From Octopus vulgaris (taxonomy: Eukaryota): a stretch of DNA of 64,000 nucleotides. Shown piece after piece: positions 23,881-36,101 of this stretch; the first letter of the stretch is position 1, and every line of letters starts with the position of its first letter. Location: NCBI GenBank assembly GCA_951406725.2, contig OX597825.1:23312001-23376000 (forward strand). The letters run 5' to 3'. The position numbers and the translations under genes were made by a program. The notes beneath the pieces are model-generated. The model worked only from the letters and a program-made list of their open reading frames with translations. It was not told where the DNA came from and made no database searches.

Positions 23881-26590
23881 GAATGGCATATTCTGGACTA
23901 CATCCTTGTTAGGGTGCCTGACAGACGAGATGTGCAGTGTGTTTGCGTTCTTCGTGGGACTGAGGGTTGGACTGACCACCGCCTAGTATGTGCAAAAGTG
24001 AAATTAGTCACAAAACGTAAAATCCGGGCTGCAGGGATTACCCTGCCTAAAAGACTGAATGTTGATCGTCTTATGAAGAGAACTTTATGAGAAGAAATGA
24101 ATGTTGCTGATATTGAGGAGGATTGGCTGACTAGGCAAGAAAGTTCTTGGATTGATACAAAGAAAGCATCAAGATTGGTTTAAAGAAAATGATGAACATA
24201 TAGATGATTAATTGGCTGATAAAAGACGTACTTTGTCACACTATTTGTCAGCAAAGCCACAGGAGAGGGGAGTGTTGCATCGGGAACTCAAGGATGTAAA
24301 ATCACATGTTAGGCGGAAGCTCTCTCAGATGAGGGATACGTGGTGGAGTAAGAAGGCTGATGAGATACAGGCGGTGTCGGATTCCAGTAACACAAAGCTG
24401 TTGTATGGTCTCTTGCGAGAAGTTTATGGACCAACTTCTTCTCTGATGACACCACATTGAAGCGGGGATGGTAAAGAACTTCTTCGTGATTCACAAGGAA
24501 TTCTGTGAAGGTGGCGAAAACACTTTGATGAACTTTTGAATCAGCAGTCTGTAGTTAGTGAGGATGTTCTCAATCTCATCCCTGGATTACCTGTGAAGGC
24601 GGCTCTCGCGGAACCACCAAATTTGGAAGAAGTTACAGTGGCTGTCTCAAGGATGAATAATGGGAAGTCTCTGGGTATGGATGGCATACATGCGGAGTTG
24701 TTACAGCATGGTGGTGAGAAACTTCTGAAGCAACTTCACTCTTTGATAGGATATGGGCTAGTAAATCTGTACCTGAGGACTGGAGAGATACAGTGATGGT
24801 GGTCTTATAAAAGGGAAAGGGCAACAGGAATGATTGTGGTAACTATAGGGGAATGTCATTGCTTTCTGTCGTAGGAAAGATTTTATACATGGTACTTCTG
24901 GATCGTCTGATGAAACATGTTGCAGATTGTGTTCTTCCAGAAAGTCAATCTGGTTTTCGTGTGGGACGTGGCACTGCTGATATGATCTTTTCACCCAGAC
25001 AGCTTCAGGAGAAGTGTGTGGAACAGGGTCTGGATTTATATTAGGTTTTTGTCGATCTGACAAAAGCCTTTGATACTGTTAATAGAAATGCATTGTGGAA
25101 AGTCCTCCAGAAGCTTGAGTGTCCTGAAAAGTTTCTTGATTTGGTTAGGTCTTTTCATGAAGACATGAAGGGTAGGGTTAATGTTAGAGGGAAAATGTCG
25201 GAGCCTATCTCAATACAAAATGGAGTGAGATGGGAATATTCTGGCACCAACTCTATTTGCCATATATTTTGCGATGGTTTTCTGTATTGCATTCAGAAAT
25301 TGCAGACATGGTGTTTACATCCAATATCGAACCTCTGGCAGCATATTTAATATCAGGTGCTTTGATGCAAAAACAAAGGTATTTACCTTTATCAGAAGAT
25401 ACCTTTTGTATTCAGATGATTGTGATCTAGTAGCGCACACAGAGATTGATATGCAACACATTTTGAATGCATTCTCTGATGCTTGCACTACCTTAGGATT
25501 GACAGTCAGTCTCAAGAAAACTGTTGTCATGTACCAAACTGCCCCTGGTAAGCAGTATAATGAACCAAATATCTATGTGTATGGTAAACGACTTGATGTA
25601 GTTGATCAGTTTGTCTACATGGGAAGCACTGTTAATAGATATAGGAATTTGGATAATGAAATTCCATACAGAATTAGGAAAACAAAGATAAAGGAGTACA
25701 AGGCGTATGTGCTCTCTTCTCTTACTTATGCCTGCAAAACATGGGTCCCATATCGATATCAACTGGGACATTTCCATCAGATGTGTCTCAGATGGATCTA
25801 TGGCATTAAGTGGGAGGATCGCATCAGTGATCTTGAAATATTAAAAAAAGCTCTCGGTGTGAACGTATAGAAGCTCTTGTGTTAAAGCAAAGGCTCAGAT
25901 GGAGTGGTCATCTGGTCAGGATGAAGGATTCAAGGATGCCAAAACAACTCTTTTATGGAGAGTTAGCTAAAGGAGAACGACCTCCACACAAACCAAAAAA
26001 GAGGTATAAGGACTTGCTGAAGGCTTTCTTAAGAGATGCTTGCATCTCTCCTGACACATGGGAGGGCATAGCTATTGACTGTAGCAGGTGGAGAAGGATT
26101 GTGCACGAGGGGACAGCTACTTTTGAGAAATCTCGAGTTGCGCATGAGAAAGTAAGGGGGGATGTCAGGAAGGGCATCGCTGTTGCACTTCCAGATGGTA
26201 AGGGACTTCCTGTGATGCTGACATGCAGTGTCTGTGCAAGACTCTGCCTCAGTAAAGCTGAACTCAAGAGTCATCTTCGTAGTCATAAAGCGAGACAGAT
26301 GATTGACAACCAGGCCACTGGTTGTGGTGTTACACACCATACTAATCATATCTGTCGAAGGGAGTGTAATTCAGTGGAAGGACTTAAACGACATGCAAAG
26401 GTACATGAAACCCAGTTACAACTACAGCCGGCTATTACCGGTAAAGGTTTTAGCTTCCAATTCTGTTCAAGACATTGTAGATCTTTAGCTGGGCTAAAAA
26501 GTCACATTCAATCACAGCACCGATAACAGTTAAGCCTCATGCAATGGCCATACTTGATAATGAGGGGCCAGTCATAATGTATGTATGTAT
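23881..26590 (+). mobile_element. 5'-truncated, decayed RTE-clade LINE (APE end + RT + C-terminal C2H2 fingers) with (ATGT)n tail
   Basis: APE end WHILDYILVR...TDHRLV (~23884). RT motifs GKSLGMDGIHAELL, LPESQSGFRVGRGTADMIF, FVDLTKAFDTV, LYSDDCDL, RLRWSGHLVRM...PKQLFYGEL. Multiple stops and frameshifts. Tail atgtatgtatgtat at 26577-26590. Confidence 0.93.
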
Positions 26591-26761
26591 AACTACTTTC
26601 CAGAGTATCAAAATTTTATGGCATTATTATAGAAATGATTTTGTTTTTCTATTATATGAAATAATTGCTATTTTGTAAGGACTACTGCACTAACTCTGTT
26701 TGATATTTTTCTTTTCATGTGGATGGACTATGCTTATATAATTATTGTCTGTATCTTTCAG

Positions 26762-26818
26762 AGTTTGATAACGAACAATTTCTGAAATGCATTGAAAGAG
26801 AAAATCAACTGATTAAAA
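26762..26818 (+). CDS. Coding exon 2 (57 nt, phase 1-1) of the same gene
   Basis: Acceptor gtctgtatctttcag|AG and donor AAAA|gtaagt. Joins exon 1 in frame with no stop: (E)FDNEQFLKCIERENQLIK. Confidence 0.72.
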
Positions 26819-27018
26819 GTAAGTAAAAGCTAAATTTCGGTGTTGGGTTGTGGCAGTCAATGTTTCTTACTTTCAGTATCATAATATATCAGGTTGAAAG
26901 AAAACAAAAAAATACAAGCACTTTCATTCCAGGTGTATATTTAAAGGTTGAATAAGCAAAACCAAAGACTCAGTTTCTCGTGTGGTATGGAAGTTCAAAG
27001 TTTTGCATGAGAGATTAA

Positions 27019-27240
27019 CCCATTAGTAACCAAATTTTTTTCTTTAATTTATTACCAAAAATATATTTTTTTATACAAATTTAACTGATACTAAAAATAT
27101 AGAAAGATTTTAATTACAATATTTGAAAGACACTCCAATCTTAATGACTAACTAAAGATATCTCAGAAAGATACAGGTGTTGCAGAAATATGATGGATTA
27201 TCCTTCTGGTACTAAAAAAAGGGCCCTGGGTACTAATGAG
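27019..27240. mobile_element. piggyBac-like MITE
   Basis: TTAA|cccattagtaacc ... gggtactaatgag|TTAA (imperfect TIR, TTAA TSD). Confidence 0.65.
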
Positions 27241-27386
27241 TTAAAGTCTGTTGAAATACTTGGTACTTGTTTTAATGGTCCAATTGTTCGAATAGAAATA
27301 ATGCAGAAATATGGAAGTGAGGGATGTAAACATCATAGAAGTGGAAACCACTTTTATTTTCTACAACAGGAAGCCATCCCCATTAA

Positions 27387-27601
27387 CCCTTTCATTACTG
27401 CATTTATTTTGAGATGCTCTGTGTTTCTTCCTATTATTTTAAATATAGCAAAGAATTTAGTAAAATAACATCGTTATCATTAAGCTAGTGTTAGGAATTG
27501 TGACTAAGATTTGGCGAAAGATTTAAATTCAAAACTTATGAAAACAAGACATTTATACTAAAGAGCCAGAGTCGGTTTCAGCCAGGTTGGTAACAAAAGG
27601 G
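27387..27601. mobile_element. piggyBac-like MITE
   Basis: TTAA|ccctttcattac ... gtaacaaaaggg|TTAA. Confidence 0.7.
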
Positions 27602-28520
27602 TTAATGGTTGTGTATGAACTAAATGAAAAGTAGCAATTGACTTGGTTTATTATATACAATAATTCAATTTTAATGTGTGTGTGATTTTTTTTATATAAG
27701 CAAATATATATTCATTTAAACACACCCTTTTTATAATTGTAAAGTAAATATAAATATTTGATACAGATATGTTAAACTAATTATTTGCTATAGATAAAGT
27801 GCAAAAATATATGGTACAGACACACTAAAACCAGAAATTGTGATATATCATAATAATCCATTATATCTATTGAGATTAACTTAAAGTAGTATATCAAACT
27901 TCAAGCACATGGTAAGACATGTTGACATGTAAACCTGTATTATACACGATTGTATATTTTGGTTGTAAAACGAAATGTTGTGGTCTTGCCAGCAGATAGT
28001 ATATACCTACCAGCTGCCTGGAATGTGGTTCATGTGCAAATTGGTCTAGTCAGTTGTGTTAAACTGCTAAACCTAGTGGGTTTGTAAGCAATGTTTTTGT
28101 GGATTGTTGTTGAGTTGGATGTGGTGCTGATGAAAGGGCAATAACCCTTGAAATATGTACGTACACCCATTACCTATGATTGCTTTGTTTTCATAGATGT
28201 ATTTCTTTACGAAATGTCATAACTTTCAGTGCTGATTGCGAATTCTATAGAGATAAATTTAAAAGTCTGTTATAGTCATCCAAGCAAAGCTGCCAATGTA
28301 AAAAGTTAACTAGAGAAACAGGAGCAAATCTAATGATTAACAAATACAATAGTTTACAAAATTAAATTTTCTTTGAAATTCATTTAATGTTCGTTAAATA
28401 ACTCTATGTTTTGGACTTGTAAGACTTTACCACTAACTCACATGGTAATTTGATCCAAGCGAGAGCAGTTGCAAATGAGCTGAGCATAATAAATGTGTCA
28501 ACTTACTAACGAGTGACAAG

Positions 28521-28645
28521 AATGATGATGATGATGGTGGTGGTGGTGGTGGTGGTGGTGGTGGTGGTGGTGGTGGTGGTGGTGGTGATGGTGGTGGTGG
28601 TGGTGGTGATGATGATGATGGTGGTGGTGGTGGTGGTGGTGATGG

Positions 28646-28704
<59 letters not shown>

Positions 28705-28708
28705 GTGA
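28521..28708. repeat. (GAT)n/(GGT)n trinucleotide microsatellite
   Basis: Directly visible; abuts a SINE tail. Confidence 0.97.
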
Positions 28709-29450
28709 TCTTTTCTACAAAAAGCCCTAGGCCTGAAATTTTGGGGGAGGGGACTACTAGTTGATTGCATCAACCCCGGTGTTTCACTGGTGCTTAATTT
28801 ATCGACCCCAAAAGGATAAAAGGCAAAGTTGACCTTGGCAGAACTTGAACTCAGAACGTAGTGATGAGCAAAGTGCCACTAAGCATTTTGTACAGTGAAA
28901 TAATTTTTGTGGGTCAAGTTCTGTAGCATTAACTGATCTTAATATCACACAGTTTTATCAATACCAAAAGGTTAATAGACAAGATTAAAAGGTGAAGATA
29001 CCTTCTTGAGTAATACCAGCTCATAAGGGTTGGTTTTCTGGTTTCATGGCATATATATTACTCACCTGGATGGGATGCCAGTCCATCACAGGTTTGCTCA
29101 TTTTTGTCAGCTGAGTGGCCTGGAGCAACGTGAAATGAAGTGTTTTGCTCAAGAGCACAACATGCTTCCCAGTCGAGGAATTGGCCATAGAAAATCAGCC
29201 TCAATGAATCTCATTAAACCCATGCAAGCATGGAAATGTTAGCATTCTGGGTAAAATGCTTATCAGCATTTCATTTGTCTTTACATTCTGAGTTCAAATT
29301 CTGCTGAGGTCTCTTTTGCCTTTCATCCTTTCAGGGTCGATAAAATAAGTGCCAGCGACTTAACCCCTTCCCTGAAATTGCTGGCTTTGTGCCCAAATTT
29401 GAAGTCATTGTTAGAACAGGCATAATCATTTCAGCAATGTAATTAATAAA

Positions 29451-29831
29451 TCTCTGTATATATAAAGCTGAGGTTGTCTGTGTGTGGCAGGTTTGGTAGC
29501 CTTCAACTAACACTATCTCTTCCGAGACCCTACGATGCAAGTTGACCAAAATTGAGAGTAGGATAGAAGAAGGCTTGCTCTTTATTCCGTAGAAGATAAA
29601 ATTCAAATCGGACCATGTTAACAGCAAAAATTATTTACATCAAAAAGGTGCTTTTTTTTCTATGAAAATCCCAATTTTTTACGATTTTTTGACTGCTGTG
29701 TCGCCATTTTTTGGTGTATTTCAACCAGAAAAAGAGAATAACAACCTACATAATGCAAAATTTTGACTTTTCAAAAATTCCAATTCTAAAGGGTCGAAAC
29801 AAACCCGAGCAACGTTGGGCAATACTGCTAG
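29451..29831 (+). mobile_element. Non-autonomous Helitron, family B (second copy)
   Basis: A|TC...aaacccgagcaacgttgggcaatactgCTAG|T. Collinear with 15659-16053. Confidence 0.85.
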
Positions 29832-31232
29832 TATTGTATAAATATAAAAATTAAACATGTATAATAATGATTTTAATATATAAAAATGAAAAACATTTGG
29901 AAAGATATCAAGAACTATTCATTGATTCATTCATCGGTTTTGTATTTTAAATTTCCTTTTAGCATCTTATACACCTTAAAACCACTTCGAAGTAAACCGA
30001 TAATAGTTTTCTAATGTACTTTAAGTCATAGGAGCAAGTTATGCCAACAGAAATATATTGTCCGAAAACACATTGTTCATTGATTAAAGTAACAGATGCG
30101 TGGTGTGCGTGCATGCGTGCGTGCGCTAACAGGAAAGATGAAGTACTTAACACTAAGTTCAATTGACTTAGTCTTGACTTTTCTGAAACCAAAGCAAAGA
30201 TTCACCGACCATTGTTATACCAATCAGTACTAATCTGATTCTGTTGAACACATTCTAAAAGGTTTCATTTTATTAATGTAAGAACGAAAGTTTATAAATG
30301 TCAGGATATATAATTTAAAAAATAAGAACATTTTCTCAAGTAGCACGACAGCTGTTAAGTCCAAGACTTAACCATGATTTCTATTGTTATATTAACGATG
30401 CATCAAATGTTTCCCTTAGTGGAATGTATGTTTATTACAGCTAATTTCTTCACATTAGAAATGTTATAGCTTTGGGAATAAAATCAGATTATATTTTAAG
30501 ATGTTTGTTACAAGACCTGTTTCATTATTAAATTTGGCCTTTTTTTGAATAAATACCATTTTTAAGCAAAATGTAGAAATGAAATAATTCTTCGTAACTT
30601 TGGTACAGTTTGGAGGTGAAAGGACAAGTAGGTTACATTGTCCCCTGTATTTAACTGGCACATATTTTATGCATTTACAGTTACAAAATAAGGATAAAAA
30701 AGTGATGTTGACTTTAGCAACATTTGAGCTCAGAACATAAAAAAAAACTGTGGGTAGTAAAGAAATAGGTATTTCATCTGTGTTTATGTTCTGAGTTCAA
30801 ATTCCACCAAGGTCGACTTTACCTTTCATTCTTTCAGGGACGATTAAATAACTACCAGTTAAGTTCTGGGGTCGATGTAATCGACTTAATCCCTTCCCCC
30901 TAATATCAGGCCTTGTGCTTCCAGTAGAAAGGATTATTGCAAGGTGTGTGTAGCGGCAGAAATGGTAGTACTAAACTAAATTAACCTACTGTAATACTTA
31001 GCTTTGTCACTACCCTTCTTCTTTTATTGGGTTCTGTCGTTGATTGTAAGTTGGCTTTCAAAGCTCTTTGGTAAATCATGTCAATGTCAGTACTTAGATG
31101 TATACTTATGTCAAAATTCTTGTAGGTAATGAAAATGCAAAATTGAGTATTGGGGCAAAGAAAGACAACTGAATCTGATGTGGGCGCTGTATTTCTGCTT
31201 GAATGTACCTTTCTACACCCCATGCTCATATA

Positions 31233-31460
31233 TATTTCTTTACTACCCACAAGGGGCTAAACACAGAGAAGACAAACAAGGACAGACAAACGGATTAAGT
31301 CGATTACATCGACCCCAGTGCGTAACTGGTACTTAATTTATCGACCCCGGAAGGATGAAAGGCAAAGTCGACTTTAGCAGAATTTGAACTTGGAACGTAA
31401 CGGCAGACGAAATACGGCAACGCATTTCACCTGGCGTGCTAACGTTTCTGCCAGCTCGCC
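31233..31460 (-). mobile_element. Full-length family-1 SINE with TSD
   Basis: Flanked by cccatgctcatata on both sides. Similar TSD-flanked copies at 32701-32935 (acct[g/a]ggaatata) and 41135-41367 (gctttgcaaataatg). Confidence 0.88.
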
Positions 31461-34400
31461 CCATGCTCATATAAACACACAAACATGCACGCACATACAC
31501 ACATGCGCTTGCATGATGAATTTCATTCTACCAAGTTTTTATTCCCAAGGCCTTGGTCACTACAAGCCAACAACAAAAGATGCTTGCTCAAAGTGCTGTC
31601 CACTGTGATTGAACCTTGAGAAAACCATATGGTTGTGAAGTAGACATTTTAACCATTCAGCCTTGCCTATGTTCCCTGTTCACCCCTCATCGCCAGATCC
31701 AATTTTGCTTTTAATTTCTTTTAAATTGATAAAGTATATTCCTTGCATGTTATGGATATAACTACATTATCTAAGAATTCATTGAATTAGCTGCTTTCTG
31801 AATTCTTTGAATTAACTAGCATTCTTAAATCTTTAAAAATCCATTTTAATCTCAAGTGCTTTTTTGTATTTGTAATTTTTAGTTATTGATTATATAATCC
31901 TTTTATTGTCTTTTATTTCTATCTAAAAACCACTTTTCTTTTTGCATGTAGGTCAAATGAATTTATAAAATGATATTTCTTCTCAATTTTTGGAGCAGTT
32001 AAAAAAAAATTGTTACCTCTAAATTTCTATTTACATGTATTATGATTTAGTTCTCCAGAGAATGGAACTATTTATTGTTCATTTTCATGGCAAATCTTTG
32101 TTTTCAGCTTTGGTGAGCATGTGATGTTTTAAACAAAACCGTTTTCATTGTTCTTTTAAGTAATATACCGCACGTTATAGTATATCTATATTGTGAAATA
32201 TTTTCAATTGGATAAAATATATTCATTTATTTATTTGAAAACTTTCCATGCATGCACGCTTTGGGTAATTATGTAAATTTTATTGTAAATGGAATGGTTC
32301 ATTGTAAAATAAAGATCAGGCTTTAAATTCATGACTTTCGGGGCCATAGTTAGTAGTCAAATTATCTTAACCCCTAATATATGTCTATCTGCTTTTTGTT
32401 TGAGGATACTTGGTTGTTTCTGCAAGTTTGCAATGATGATGGTGATGTACATGCCTTAATAAATTAATTAAATTTGCAAACTTGTAGAAACAACCAAGTA
32501 TATTTAAACAGAAAGAAGTGTGACAATCATGAGGAGTCAAGATGACTACTGACCTGATTTAAAGCCTGACCAATACTTTGATGGCTCATGTTGGTTGACC
32601 ACTTGCCACATAGTCACAGAGGATAAAGAAGTACCTTATGGAGATGGGCACTGACCGGGACTCTGCTCGACTGGTTGCCTGGGAGGACCTGGGAATATAA
32701 CTATTTCTTTATTACCCACAAGGGGCTAAACATAGAGGGGACAAACAAGGACAGACATAGGTATTAAGTTGATTACATCGACCCCAGTGCATAACTGGTA
32801 CTTATTTAATCGACCCCGAAAGGATGAAAGGCAAAGTTGACCTCGTCGGAATTTGAACTCAGAACGTAACGGCAGACGAAAATACGGCTACGCATTTTGT
32901 CTGGCATGCTAACGTTTCTGCCAGCTCGCCACCTTACCTAGGAATATACCAACATATGGTGAATGCAGCAATACACAGCAACAGAGCATGACCCCACTCC
33001 TGACTGGGTATGTTACCAGCAATAGACTGGGTGTCCTATGTCAGGATGAAGGGTATATTCCAGTCTCAAACCATGAAAGCAAAACAAAGTACCATCTCTT
33101 ATGCTTCTTTTAGTGCTTGTTAATTATTTAGTGGGAAACCTTGGCTACACTGCTCAGTTCAGAAAGGTGTTGATGTTTCTCTCTAGCTGACTATGTTACT
33201 TAGGTTAACAGACATGGTGTTGCTGTGTGGTAAGAAGGTTCCGGGTTCACTCTGACTGCACAGCATTGGAAATGCATGAGGGTGATGCTTGCCTAAAACT
33301 GTTGTCTGATGTTGAAGTAAGAAGGCACTAACACACACACATGTGCACACACACATACACACACACATACATATACATGTGCATGCACATAAACATGCAC
33401 ATGCACACACATACACACACATGTGTGCACATGTACACATATGCTCATGCACTCACACTCAAACACACTCACATGCATGCACACACATGCACATATATGC
33501 ACACACTCAGATACACACACACAGATACACACACTGATACACACACACACATTGACAGGCTTCTTTCAGTTTCCATCTGCAAAATCCATCCTCAAGGCTA
33601 TAGCAGAAGACATTTGTCCAAGGAGCCATGCAGTGATATTGAACCCGAAACCATGCGGTTGGGAAACAAAATTCTTGCCTGTGCCTACACAATGATGTTA
33701 AATTTAATGCCGGTTACTACATCACATAATTAGTTTATTCTGCTCATTAACTTCTAGAAACTTTCAGATTATTTATTTAAACCAAAAACAAAAAAAAAAA
33801 AAGAACAACAACAACAACAACAACAACCTAAAAGACAAAAACCAATGTTTGATCTGTCTGTGCGGCTGTAGTTATTTCCTTGAGAGTAGTTTCTTTGCTG
33901 CTTAACGATAATTATATCATCTTACTCCAGTAAATTAGCTTCATCATTTCTGACCAGACCTAACAGCTCAATGACATAATCTCTTAAACTTTTGATGTGT
34001 ACCAAAATAACATTGTCGTTAAAGTCTTTGAAAATATCTCAGTGTCGTTTTTCCTTTTCCTCCTTGTTTTGTCAGTCACTGTTTATTCTGATTATCGTCT
34101 CAGCCATTCCCAACACCAGAAGCCAGCCAGACAAAATATTTTATATGGCATCAGCTTCAACGGTTCATTTTCCTTGGTTCAGTTTGCATTACAGTCATCT
34201 TCGTCTTTCAGTCTTTCATTTATCCGTGGTTAATTGAGATAACTATCAGTGACATAAAGGTATTAATTCTATCGGTATCTATACTAAATTTTACGTGCCT
34301 AATTAGAATATTAATTTTTTTTTTCTTCTTCTAATTAATTCTATTCTAACGAGTTTTGTAAATAAAATACTTGGTAATGTTCAATCTCAGTAAGAATCTT

Positions 34401-34694
34401 TGAAACTGTCTTTACTCTCTCTCTCTCTCTCATCATCATCATCATCATCACCATTGCCACTGCTGCCACCACTACCCTTGCCGCTGCCGCCACCGTCACC
34501 ACATCCAATTCCATGTAACATCTATTTTCTTCTATGCTGGTATGAATTGGCTGGTTTGACAGGATGCAGTGAGCTCCAGGGCCATGTCTGGCTCCATTGT
34601 CAGCTTTGGTATGATTTCTACTTGGGTCGGATGCCAACTAGTTTGCAATTTGTACTGGGTGCTTTTTTTTTCCCATCCCACTGGCCATAGGGAA

Positions 34695-35172
34695 CCGTAA
34701 ATCCTCGAGTATAGTCCGCCCTTGAGTATAATACGCAGGGGATTTTTAGGGGGCTGTACCTCTGAAAAACCTAAACCTTGTGTATAATACACACCCCTTC
34801 TCTAACTTGAGCCAAGGAGGTCTATATAACGTCCTTGGTTTGTAAAACTGTATACGGTAACATCCTTTATTATTATTGTATATATAACATAATGCTAACG
34901 TGTAGCTTTTTTGTGCATTTTATTTGCAGAAAATATAGAAATAACAGTAATAACGTTTAATAAATGTTGCTTACTGCAAGTTATGGATGATTCTTTTATG
35001 ACTTCATTGCTTTTAGGCTTAGCTTAAGGTATTTTCGCGCCTGACATCACAAAACGCATCTGAATAAACATTGCCGGACAGCAAATAGAGACTCGGACAT
35101 TGCTTAGAAAATATTTTTCATTTTTAACCGTGTTTTGGGGGAAAAATGCGGATTATACTCGAGGATTTATGG
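34695..35172 (+). mobile_element. Tc2/pogo-like MITE (CCGTA termini), copy 1
   Basis: TIRs ccgtaaatcctcgagtata / tatactcgaggatttatgg, TA at the right end. Reverse complement of 38147-38658. Confidence 0.82.
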
Positions 35173-35474
35173 TACTAGTGAAGTTGTCAAGTAGATTTCA
35201 ATACAAAAAAAGAACAAAAAATAAAAAAAAAAATAGGGAAATGAAAAAATAAAGAAATTTTACTCATTGGCATTGGCCTTAGAATGGAATGAAAAATCAA
35301 GCAATATTGTTTCTCTTTCTCCTCAAGCTTTATGGATTTGTGTCTGATTAAAAATTCACTAAATGAGAAAACTGTCTCTGCTAGGAACTTTATTTCAAAG
35401 ACTCTTGCAATATTGGAATTTATTCTGACCTGTTAGGATATATAAATACGAGTAAATTAACATTGTAAATTTAA

Positions 35475-35670
35475 GTTGTTGTTGTTGTTGTTGTTGTTGC
35501 TGCTGCTGCTGCTCTTCTTCTCCTTCTTCTTCTTCTTCTTCTTCTTCTTCTTCTTCTTCTTCTTCTTCTTCTTCTTCTTCTTCTTCTTCTTCTTCTTCTT
35601 CTTCTTCTTCTTCTTCTCCTCCTCCCCCTTCCTCCCTCCTCCTCCCCCTCCTTCCTCCTTCCTCCTCCTT
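35475..35670. repeat. (GTT)n(GCT)n(CTT)n(CCT)n compound microsatellite
   Basis: Directly visible. Confidence 0.97.
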
Positions 35671-36101
35671 TGTCATTTAATGTCTGCTTTCTAAGCTGGT
35701 CTTGTTCAACAAGAGGTGGCAAGCCAAAGGACTGTGCCAAACTTTTCTGTCAGCTTTGGCATGGCCTTTTATTACTTGATGCCCGACAATGTATAAAATA
35801 GAAAGATGCTTAAAGTAAAATGGCATGTCATGATGTCAGGAATTAAGTTGTTTATAAGTTAAGCATTCTATATAAAGCTGCCAAAAGTATTTCACATCAA
35901 ATTAGGGAAGCAAAAAACAATTAATTCTATGTGTATATGCTGACTGACTAATCTTTGTAGATGGGGACAAGTTCGTCAGGAACTGGTGTTGCTTACTGTT
36001 TGAAATCATCTTGATAATGTCTTTGCAGCAAAAAAAAAAAAAAAAGAAAAAGAAATGTATGGGGATGATATTGAATGTCAAACTCTCAGAACTCTCTAAA
36101 C

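Noticed and set aside
32059-32112. 54-nt AG/GT-bounded open segment, phase-compatible with exon 2
   Set aside because: The peptide KNGTIYCSFSWQIFVFSF is not coiled-coil-like and has no homology support; such matches are expected by chance in a long intron.
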